Both the position numbers and the translations under genes were made by a program. 64,000 nt of DNA, from assembly GCA_030141605.1 (NCBI GenBank), contig JAQGDQ010000149.1, forward strand, positions 186,001-250,000. The letters are read 5' to 3'. This document shows positions 52,941 through 64,000 of this stretch, in pieces. Under the pieces are notes generated by a model. The model saw nothing but the letters and a program-made list of their open reading frames with translations, did not search any database and was not told where the DNA came from. The number at the start of each line of letters is the position of its first letter. Position 1 is the first letter of the stretch. Source of the stretch: Tubiluchus corallicola. Taxonomy: Eukaryota > Animalia > Priapulida.

Positions 52941-54328
52941 TCGACAGCGATCGCGAGCAGTACAAGTTACAGTCTATTTCTTTTACTTACAGTTCAGTAC
53001 ATTCTAGCTTACGTATTTAGTGGAGATTACCTGGCTCCTTGTAAAACGCAGGAATATATTCGAGGAAGTAATTTTCAAGTTAACCTTAAACCAAGCAACT
53101 AAACATTATATCGTTACCTTGGGTACCTGTCTGAGTGACCAGAGCGGAAGTAATAAATCTATTACCACTTGTACCATTGTACCACGCTGATTCTGTTGCA
53201 TAGCTACGTGGCTTCTTATGATAGTTTTAAAAGAAATCGATTGGCTGAGTGATTGGTTCTTATCGTCACCCCGTTGTGATATAACTGTCTGTTGACTGAA
53301 GCCAGTTCGCTGGCTGTCAGCTGTTTAAACGTTGTTATAATTTTACCAAATTTTCAGCTTCTTTTTTATTTACTGTGAAGTTTGCTGGCGTTGTGCCATT
53401 TAAATTTCTTGTGGTGAGGGAGGGCTTCCCCATTCGTCGCCGTATTCTCGCGAGACTCGGCTAATAAAATGTGAAATCAGTTTATACTGCTTTTATTACG
53501 CATATAATGCAAGACTGTTTATCGACAAAATTGCTTAATTAGTGTAAAAATGACATTTCGTGACCAACGGAAAAGTGTGCGATAACAATTAACTTCGGGA
53601 AAAAGTTTATAGAAACCTATTAACAGGCTTAATAAGTTTCATTAGGTAGAAGCAAGACGAATTTGTTGCAGTAAAAAATTCTATTGTGTTGAAGCTTAGA
53701 CGACTTGAACGTTTTACCGACTGCACCAGTATAACATTTTACGCATATATATTGTGTAGAAAGCAATATACTGATGACGAGTGCTTTGAACTGTTGTGTG
53801 GGGAAGGTAGGGTGATTCTATATCTAGCATTTTTTTAAATATAAGCTAGTTGTTTCTGCAAAATACGTAAGAGTTCTACTCTCCACAAATCTCCCTATAT
53901 GTTATGTGTATTACGAATCCTTGTGTCTATTTCCATTTGCTGTAAGCAACGTTTTATATAAGTATATGTTGAAGAGTGTTAAACTGTCATTTTTTTTATA
54001 TTTCGCTTAAAATTAAGTCCTGACCAAATTTTTAGCCAGTTCATTTTATTTGAATTAGTAAAATATGTCGATGTGAAGCTTGCATGATGCCTGCATGAAT
54101 AAAATGAATGTTATATAATTTGCTAATTTCACTCATGAGCTGAAAGCCTTTTAGTGAATTCCACGTCTAATAACGGTTAATGATACAGATATTATATTAA
54201 AACATTCGATAAGCGAAGTAATTTCTGTTGTATTTGCAAATTGTTTTCCATTGCTCATAATAAACATTTATGTTATTAAAAGAGAAGCAATAAAGAATAA
54301 ACCCATTACAGTATTATGAATGTTTTAC

Positions 54329-54490
54329 TATTGGTATTGGTATTGGTATTGGTAGTGATTAGTAATGATGATGTTTATAATGATGAGAATGATGACGCTG
54401 ATAGCGATAATGATGACAATAATGACGAAGACAACGATGTTAATGACGACGACGACGGTAATGATGTTGATGATGATGATGATCATGATC
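54329..54490. repeat. (TATTGG)n followed by a degenerate (GAT/GAC)n microsatellite
   Basis: Visible trinucleotide periodicity; explains the Asp-rich pseudo-ORF. Confidence 0.9.
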
Positions 54491-57354
54491 AGTTAGATTC
54501 AACCGAGTCTTGAGTTCAAGAGTACTAGATCGATAACACGTGTCTTTGATCTGCCGAAATGGGAAAGGACAATCGTTATTAGACAAACACAAACCACTTT
54601 ATTTCGTTTCGTGAGAGTCTGTGCGATGAAAACTTTGGTATTTTAGCTTGCACTTGTCAAACATTCCGGTGTTTCAGTGTCACTAATGTGGTTCACATTA
54701 GACACGTATTGTCATAAATATTTTGCATAGTATAGTAACTATATAGTTTTTCATTTGAAAGTATCTCCGCCATGGTAACAATTAAAGATACCTAAAACTG
54801 GATAGATGATTAGATCACAAAAATTAAAATTACCTACCTTTATCAATGAGAAGAAAAGTAAAGGCAGAGTCAAAAAGAAAACTAAAGATTTTAACCTGAT
54901 CTATAATAACCAGACGTCAACTCTTGCTATATTTAGTATAGGATATGTAGTATAAACGCTCTTACAACTAAGAAAGACAGATTCGTTAAAAAGAAGCTCG
55001 GCAATGTACAAATGATTTAGCAATAGTAGCTTTCAGCCGACCAGGTAAATTCTACCTTTACAGTTAACCTCTGAAGGGGCGCCACATTGCCGCGCAGCAG
55101 TTGTGAATTTTATTTTTGCCTTTATGTAACGAAAAACAATTTCGATATTGACAAGTAATAAATGCAGGTAACGGCGTTAGACATTATTGTTTATTTAAAC
55201 GATTTTGCTCGTTTTCTGCTACCCCATTCTTTGCGGCAAAGTGCACGTTGCACAATATTGCTATGGATTTCCTATATAGCAGTCGGAAATTACAGTAACC
55301 GCTCTGTGTACATGAGTTGTTAGTAGAGTTCACTCTTAACAAATGTTCTTTTCCCGGAATGGCCACAATTTGTAAACGTGTAAATGAGAGCTGTTGCATT
55401 TTCATTGATTATTCACTCTTTTTTGTACAAGATGATTCGATAGTTCCAACTATAGCTGATAGACGGTTTTTGAATTTATAACAATTTATGGTACAGTTCT
55501 ATTGCATCTTCTTGATCTTTTTGCGCAGGTTTAATCTTATTTGATTATTGTCTTTATCAGAATGTGTGATTTTTGTGACACTGTTAGCGATATGAGTTGA
55601 GTGTATATAAATTTCACATGCTAATTCCAGATGGGATTCTGTGACTTTGCTAAATTTGCACACAACTTACGTTGGAAATTTCTTTGTTATTTGGAATATA
55701 CTTGCCCACAAAAATTTAATTAGATGGTGTCATAAAGTCTTTCAAAAAGGAACTAAATATCATACTACAAGTACTTTCTGAATCTGAAGTAGAATGTACA
55801 AGATCAATTGAGTCAGCATCACAACAAATAGAATGAAAAATGAAACACTGTAGTGGTCGGACATGCTAAGAACTCGGTTAATGATGTGTCCCCTTAAATT
55901 CACCATGTTGACCTCATCAAAAGAGTCTTACACACTTGGCTGATTGTCGAAGAAGGATTAGTCGGTCATGGATTACTTGTAAGGTGGATTGGCCCACTGT
56001 TGTCCACTGCATGACTCAAGTGGCCCCAGGTAAAATTGTATGTTTCGTTGTTTTGTTTGCAGAAAATGCTGTTAGAAGTCATGAAGAGGTTACATTTTTA
56101 ATATTAGACGTTTTGTTGTTATTTTTAAAGAGGGTTCGAACTCAAGTTATTTATAAATATTAAAAATTTGAACCTATTATTTTATATAGTTGGTAAGATG
56201 AGCCTGTAATAAATGTATCGATCAGCCGAGATCACAAGTTTTGAGAAAAAATAATTATTAATTTTAAACATAATGATACTTTACAAAACCCAAGACATGC
56301 ATACGCCCAAGCTGAATTGAGACCGTACAAGAAGTCAAAATAATATTTCATTAAAAATCAAAATAGCGTTTCGTTAAAAATTGTTAGCAAAATCCATATA
56401 AACACGTGTATACAAACTACAATATAATTACACTTCTCGTGTAATATTAGAAAGTTCAGTTGGTTCAACAACCGGGGCTCGTTTTCCGTCTGCGTCAACA
56501 CTGTCTAGTGTAAGTCTGAGATTTGGGCTAAGTGGTACTTTGGTCGGAAGGATTTGCTTTTAGTAAAGCTCCATCCCACTTGCGAAGCCTTCAGTAACTG
56601 TACGTAAGAATGAAAACCGCCCGATGATGGTATCAAACGTACTTTCGATATGTGATAAATGGTAACATGATAAGTACATGTTTATTATCAGTAGCTATCA
56701 GTGATTATTGACTAAATTAGCTGTGGAAGTAAGTCATATGTGCACCAGGAATGAGCTTAAGAATGTTCATTCGGAGAGTATAAAACAATACCCTACACAG
56801 AATGCTAAACCGATGTCAAAAATTGTGTGGAGTGTAAACCACAAAATTTAATATAGTCATCTAGATATCGCGATGTAATGCATGAAATGGGAAAATTTAT
56901 TAAAAACAAATACAAGATTTATTCTGGTTCTTGCAGAAGAAAGTTCAAAATTCAACCAGCTGAAGAAATACCAAAACAAGTCTGCCATATTGAAAGTATC
57001 TGAACGTAGCCAAATACACTTTACTTTTATGACACATTATTGGAAGATTCAGACGTAACTGTGTTTATTTCGGTCTGCATCAAGTTATATTTGGCTTTGC
57101 TTCCAGATTCGATTCATCTGTCGCTGCTTCAATCTTTCTACAGTTCAAATCCAGGATTAGCCGGGATTTCATAAACTAACAAAAACATGAACCATTTGGC
57201 GAAGTGTTCATTTGGTAAAAAGGCAAACGTACTGTGTTCGTTGAACTGTTTAACTTGCGAGTCATGTTGTCAATGTGGCCTAAGTTGACCAATGTGTTCC
57301 CTACAAAGCTTCCAAATGGGACAAATTAAAGACTCACCCTAAGTTAAGCTGGTG

Positions 57355-57460
57355 ATTTGAACTTTAAAATCATTGCTTGACGATCACCATATCAGGACTA
57401 TGTTAAAGAAACATTAAGACCTTTGTATTGATTTCGTGCCCCTTTCTGAGGCTAATTGGC
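57355..57460. repeat. Interspersed repeat segment, copy 1 (copy 2 at 60815-60925)
   Basis: Shared TCACC.TATCAGGACTAT.T.AAAGAAA..TAAGACCTTTGT.TTGATT.CG.GCCCCTTTCT. Confidence 0.65.
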
Positions 57461-58969
57461 TTCTGTAGATGACAGAAGCGCTATAGAACCTCTGTCAAAA
57501 TTATCCCAAAAAGTCTATTGAGTACCTTTAAAAATCACCTATATTCGAGCTTGGACAGACTAATGTTACTTTTCTGTCATCCATAGACTTCTATGCGTCT
57601 TTTTACAGAAATTAGGTGGACAGAAGCACAAAAATTACATCAAACTGAAACCATATCAGTGTGTTTCTGTTCTATTCAGCCCGAATGACATTCGAGTAAT
57701 TATCGTTTCCTTCAGCGAATAAGATGTTCTCTGGCTCCATTTTCATTGCAGACGCGTATAACGAATTTGCGAAATGACATTCAGAGATTTTCCTATTGCA
57801 AAGCACACATTTAGTGGTGTGTAAATGTTATACTCATAATCGCTGACTAGTTTTTCCATTCATCGACAAGGGTTTTTTTTAGCAAAAGGCGCTCTCACTT
57901 AGCAAAGGGCGGTCTCATTTTGAACGAAAAATGCCATCATCCGGTTATAGTGGAATATTTCTCCCGTCAGGTGCTTGTGCGAACTTCTTTTGCAGCTGCG
58001 GTTACTAATACAAACAATGTAAAACGTTAAACCAGAAATTATTAACACTATTTTTTGTTTTTTTGATGAATTTTGTTGCCCATTATGTAATGAAAACCTG
58101 TTACCGATGATAATATAATAATCTCCAACTCGTCTATAGTTGGCGCCGACAAAGTAACAAAATCATTATTTTAACAAACTAAAATTGAACTCTATAAGCT
58201 AAGTAGGCCTAAACCCTCGGCACCTTTTGTGTGCTCGCAGCTTCGCAGTATTCCATGCTTATTTGCAATTATATTGTGTGGTACATATGCATTTTGAGGT
58301 ATTATTCTGTGAATTAAAGCTAGTTAGGCACTTGAAAATTATTGCAAGTTGATCCGACGACTAATTTTCACATAAACAGTTAAACACAAAATTTAGTCAG
58401 CTAGAATAGCGGAATTTCCGAGCGAACAGCGGAAGCTTTGCTAAGCGTGCCCACGTGGTCCACTAGCTACGTCATTTTTTTTCACGCAGCGAGGTCGTTT
58501 GGCGGTAGATGCGAATGATTAAATTTCTTTTGTATTTTTAAGAAGACAGTTTATGTCCGTATATTGTGTGGTAATTTCAATATCTTTAAGTGTATATAAA
58601 AGTACATTGTTGTTCGATGGTTGGTTTTTCCTTTATCTTGACGAGGTTTCTTTTTTGTAACGTAAGCCTACGTATTATGGTGTGTACTAAATGACACGGT
58701 TTATGCCTAGTAATTGTGTACTCGCACCAGCACCACTAAAAACTTGCAACACTTGCCAAAACGTTAATTTGCATAAAACTTTGTGCATAAAACTGCAAAC
58801 GTTTAATCGATTAATTACAGTATTTAATATCATCAGTTAAGGACAGATCGAACCCCTATTTCTTAAACTTTTTGAAATTGAACTCAGCTGAAAAGAAGAA
58901 ACCGAGAAGTCGAGCACGGTGTGAATTTGAACAAACAAGCGACCTGCATAGTTTTTTGTGATCAAATAA

Positions 58970-59040
58970 TTCAGTATTCAGTTGGTCATGGCGGTGGATT
59001 TGTAATCCAAAGGTCACTTCTTCAAATCCTGTGCCACTAC
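58970..59040 (+). pseudogene. Decayed tRNA / tRNA-derived SINE head
   Basis: TCAGTTGGT...GGATTTGTAATCC (anticodon-arm-like)...AAGGTC...TTCAAATCC; acceptor and T stems broken. Confidence 0.4.
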
Positions 59041-60814
59041 AGTAGTCTGATTTTCCTCCTTTGGGCTGGGCTTGCCTTAAAAAAATCGTAGTTTATTGTA
59101 TGTTTTCACGGCGCTGTTTGCTGCACTGCTTGTTCAATTACGATATGAAAGAGAAACAAGCGTTTTAATCCTTATGAAGATTGCAGAAGCTTTCCTATAT
59201 CCTAACTTTAGCATCCTATAATCTGTTATTATCAGTTATAATCGGCTATAATCTTGATGCTGCCACTGTATCTTGGCAGAGAGTTACAATATAAAATGAC
59301 CATTCTTAATGGCTGTTGTGAAGCTTTTCGACGTTAATCAGTGTAAAAAGAGCTGTCTTATATTTGGCTCATCAACATATTGAATCCATTAATTGCGGTA
59401 GGATTTGCTCGCTTGCAGTATATCCTGTGATACATTGGTTTCATCAGGAATCCTCGTGAGTACTCGTCAGGAAACCTGGATCCCTCCTATTTAGCGGACA
59501 TTTTAACTAAGAGCGGGAAGATGAGCCGGAACTAGATAGTACTCCGAAGCAAGGTTATTAGCTTTGAAATCACCAAAACAGATCCTGTACGAAGTGTGTT
59601 GTGCTTGGACGAATTTTACTTCTGCTGGGTGTACTTGATTTTGACCGAGTCTCAACATTGTACAGAGAGTCTGTAAATGTGCAATCTACACACGCCCTTG
59701 CTTGTGGAACTTGAGAAGTGAGATGCTTGTTATTCTAGCTGTGTTGTTCTTGCGGGTTTGACTGCAACTGCCGGCTTCGTTATCACTGCAGTCGCTCGTC
59801 GTAAAAGAACTGCGTTAACACACTTTTGCAGTTTTTTCACAGAAGGTGGAACCGAGCAGCCCATCCTTGTTTGCATGCTTGCCTTCGCACTGTGAATTAT
59901 TTTAAGTTTCCAGAAGTTTCATATTTGCCGGACTGCTGTTTCTTACTGTGCTAAGCAAATACGTGCTCTTGTGCAAACGTGGACGAGGATTGTCTCGGCT
60001 AGCTTGCTTTTTACTCGTAACATTGCAGTTTAATTGAACTGTCCAAATTATACTGACTGAACGCTGCAGCAGTGATTAGACACGGCTGCCCGTTATTTGG
60101 TTTTCTGGTTGATACTTTCAGTATTCATTCATCGAAGTTGTTTTTAAATCGCTAAAGCAAAACATTTAAAGTAACACAGTAGCCTTTCAGCACCTGATTG
60201 ACTAAGCACACGAAACATGCCTCTTCAATCTAACGATGTAATGTCTATCACTGGGGTGAGTAGGTGGTGTGCTATTTACCATTTCTAAAAAGCACTCGAA
60301 AGCGTGTCTTTAGACTAGGAAAACCAACCTTTGCCGTTTTATTGTTTTAATTTGTACCATTACTCTATGCTTTACTCTATAATAATAAGCCAATTAATGA
60401 GAAATCGAACATAGATATTTTAGGATGTTGGATCGTGTTCAGAGCACGGACAGCTAGCATCTTTGGAAACGTCCTTATAAACTAAATGAGTTGCCTGCCA
60501 ACCAAGGAGTGCTTTTAAAATAAGGCTTTTCGGGGGATTCGCAAAGCATTTTCTTTGCCAGAACATCAGCATTGTGGAATTGACAGCTACGTGATGCGTT
60601 TAACGAGTTGCGGAATTACACAAAGTGACTATTAAAACATTTTATGTTTCTTGCAGACACAGCAGAAACTCGCGTACGGGTTTTGATGTTCATTTGTACG
60701 TCAGCTTGTAGTGATCGAGGTATTATACAACTGACACATGTTGCTGTTTGCTGGTTTAATTAATTATCGGCGTAGTGTAGCGCCTTGGAATCAACTCCCG
60801 CCGCGAATCTGCAT

Positions 60815-60925
60815 TTACTGAGCTTTAAAGCCCGTGATATGACGTTCACCCTATCAGGACTATTTTTAAAGAAAGATAAGACCTTTGTGTTGATTCCGCG
60901 CCCCTTTCTAGCAGCAATTTCAGCT
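60815..60925. repeat. Interspersed repeat segment, copy 2
   Basis: Direct similarity to 57355-57460, same orientation. Confidence 0.65.
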
Positions 60926-62570
60926 GTTTCAACACGACATGTTTATTTTACTCTAGTTGATGAAATATGAATGTCGTATACAGCGTACTGTAGATAACAG
61001 TTAAAACAATGTAAGATCTGAGAGAAAATTAAATTTAAAGTAAAAACAACAGTAATTTAAAGAAATTTCAAGTAGAGCATTGTCTATGTGCCAATAAATA
61101 TTTTGATAACTTCTGTATATCTTCTGTGCGATACGTGTGGATTCGCCCCTTTTTATGATCACGCGGCGTGCATGAGCTTGATTTGAGGATACCGCGCTTC
61201 TTTATGGGTGTGTTATCGTTATGAATCTTTTATTCGTATGAAATTCTATGCAGCAGTGCGATTTTAGTACATATAATTAATATAATAACTAATAATTTTT
61301 AGCAATTAAAAAAGATGATGAAATCAGTACACACATATTATTAAAAATTTAATGTGGACGTTAGTCTCGAAATTTCTTACCAAGTCTAATGTCAAATGCG
61401 TATTATGCAATAAAAGAAATTTAAGATTCCACAGGTACATTTAACATCCCTTCATTTAATATTAAATACTTTAGTTAGGATTACAAAGGTTTATCGGTTG
61501 TTTGATCTATTGAAGTTGATAATTGAAACAGACGTTAATTTTTGGTTGACCTCGTTTTAAATAAGGAGCAAATAAATTATACGCATTATACCCATATACC
61601 GTTTCTACTAATACGCTACTTTTGTAAATATTGTAAATATCTTACTAAACACTAGTCTAAAAAATACGTAGATTTTAGTCGAGTGATAGCACAGGATTCT
61701 GAAAGCAAGTTATTGAACGTTTGAGTTCTTTTCAACCGAGGCCCTTCGTGTTCGCACTCTGCGGGTCATTAGCTATACCTCAGCACCACAGACATTTAAT
61801 ACTTCTTGCTAATTCGTTGCTTAAAATAGCTGTAATGCTCTGTCAGGATATTTAGACTAAGTTTGCAGGCTTTACTAGTTTAGCTTTGTAAGTAGGGAGC
61901 CGCCAGAATGGCTTCAGATTTTGCCAAGTTGTGGTTTCTCTTTGCCGGTCATCACACATTTCCTCTTGTCACTTACGGCGCTTCGCTTTCATTTGCCCTT
62001 TCCGAAAGTTTAGAGTATTTCCGTGTTGCATTCGATAATTCATGGTATCTTTCTTTTGTAGTTAAACTAATTATACTAGAAAGTAGTATCTGGGTGACCC
62101 TAAATTTCAACTATCACCGATGTGCAATTGTTCCAGAACACTTAAAAATTAATACAGAACAATGAGCAGCAAAAGTTTATCCGTTTTTCGCCTTAAATTT
62201 GTTTACACGATTCTCTGGAAACACGCAAGAAATACGTTCTATGCGGTTTTTTGATTTTATTTTACTAATTTTGATCTGAAAATTACTTGCACTTTTTGGT
62301 GTTAATCGCTAACAGCCCTTTTTGTATGACGATATTAAAATGCACAAAATGTAGGGATTGCTTTGAGAACTGTTAATTTGGACCGTTAATGATTGGTCAG
62401 TCTTGGCGATGGAACATTGTCGGTTTTTTTATAAACAGACCTCGTTTACTTCTTAAGGTAAAATAGGTGTTTTGTGAGTTTTTTGTTTCGATATCGATTT
62501 TTAAGATAATTTGCCTTTGTTTGGCTGTTTAGGGTAAAAGAGCGGAAGGTGTGCCACACACAGTTTAAAT

Positions 62571-62638
62571 ACCCTAACCCTAACCTGACCCTAATTCTAT
62601 CCCTAATCTAACCCTAATCCTAACTCCAACCCTAATCC
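62571..62638. repeat. Degenerate interstitial (CCCTAA)n telomere-like repeat
   Basis: ACCCTAACCCTAACCTGACCCTAATTCTATCCCTAATCTAACCCTAATCCTAACTCCAACCCTAATCC. Confidence 0.8.
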
Positions 62639-62869
62639 GCTTCACGAACTAATTTCTTGCATGGGAAATTGTCAACTTTAGCCAAAAGTGCGATTGACGA
62701 ACTTTAGCTATGACTTGAAAAATCTGGCCTGATGTACAATATAAGCTGCTTTATATAGGGCAATACTTTGTATAGTTGCCCCAGGGATGTGGACAACTAT
62801 AGAATTGTCAGTTCCGTCTGTCTGACCGTCCAAATTTTCTCGACTCTGGTGTATTGCCTCAACGCCCTA

Positions 62870-64000
62870 ATGAAGTGAGCAACTGTAGAATTGTCGGTTC
62901 CTGCAGTTCGAAAACTGTAGCAACCTCTGTAGACCACGTATATACATCTGACATTCGCATATTGAAACAAATATTAAACTACTCAGACCACGACATTATA
63001 CTAACTATTGAGGAAGCAAAACCAAGTAATGAAGTCCATAACAGCACAACAGAGAAAATAGTGAATTACTTGCAATTCTAAGGAACTTCGATTGAAAAAA
63101 ATATATTTTGTTCAACAAAAGTAGACGGGCAAATAGATATCCTGACATATTGAACATGCACTTCAAGTTCATGCCACTGAAAAATATGTTAAAATTGACA
63201 CTAAACGAAAACTAACAGAAGCTAATTGATTCACTGATAATCCCAGAAAGAAAACAAGAAACAAAAATCTTGCCAAATCTTGACAGAAAATTACCTATAT
63301 GAATAACAAAAGCGCAGTACTTTTTTATTAAATACAAAAGCCATGCAACAAATACAATAATTGCAAGTTGTAACACTGAAAAGTGAGTACCAAAGGAATC
63401 AATGCAAAAATGCTAAAAATTCACAGGACAAATGGAAGATAATTAATGAAGTTATTATCAGGTGCAAAATTAAAAATCAATATAGTATTATAGTATTAAT
63501 TAACAACCATGAATGGCAGAACAATTAACATTCACCATGAAATGGCTAGTCTACTGAATGAAACATGTAGATTTGGGTAATTTTTCAGGCCCAACTCCAA
63601 AGGAAAAGTGTTCAAAGATTTTTGGGAACTTAAAAAAATCAACATATTTTCAACTTTAAAAGGATCACAATCACAGAGGTAATTAATGTAATTCGATCTT
63701 TGAATGTCAGGTAATCTAAATGTCCCTCCAATATTCCACTCCATATTTTTGAAATAGCTGTAGAAATAGCACCCCACTTAACATGTATTGATAACATGTA
63801 TAAATGATATTAAGGTCATGGTTTCTCATCATATGTAAATTAGCTCATGTATTAACTGTTTATAATAAAAAAGGAAGCAAAGATGATCCACAAAATGATA
63901 GACCATTATCTATTATCCACTGCTTAGCTGGAAAAGTTTGAAATTTTTATACAACCAAGTAAACGACTATTTAGACAATGTGAACTCCTACATAAACATC
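62870..64000 (+). mobile_element. Decayed CR1-like LINE ORF2 (end of endonuclease to start of RT), runs off the window
   Basis: TSVDHVYT...YSDHDII (APE IDH/SDH motifs), KWKIINEV, and KKGSKDDPQNDRPLSII (decayed KKG...NYRPIS); many stops. Confidence 0.8.

Noticed and set aside
54316-54513. ORF resembling a signal peptide plus an Asp-rich biomineralisation-like peptide
   Set aside because: Fully explained by adjacent (TATTGG)n and (GAT)n microsatellites; no other gene evidence.
58970-59040. Functional tRNA gene
   Set aside because: Acceptor and T stems do not pair and the B box is degenerate. The same applies to 655-732 and 1218-1273.

Overview
AT-rich eukaryotic (invertebrate animal) genomic DNA, not prokaryotic: it has spliceosomal introns, decayed LINEs, MITEs and microsatellites, and most of the short ORFs supplied are spurious. 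Two protein-coding genes are supported, both on the minus strand. One is a TENT5/FAM46 non-canonical poly(A) polymerase with an uninterrupted 525-codon CDS (11556-13133). The other is a 4-exon CCDC97 gene (29084 down to 20801, 354 aa as reconstructed). CCDC97 introns 1 and 2 each hold a copy of a box C/D snoRNA of the snR60/Z15/SNORD80 family, one intact and one diverged. The TENT5 leader appears to contain a 60-nt mini-intron whose removal would create a uORF overlapping the start codon, and the gene lies between two same-orientation TTAA-flanked (Kolobok-like) MITEs. The rest holds four decayed non-LTR retrotransposons, several MITE/SINE families and a ~30 kb stretch with no recognisable host gene but some promoter-like patches. 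I found no clearly new multi-gene system. All calls were read by eye without database searches.
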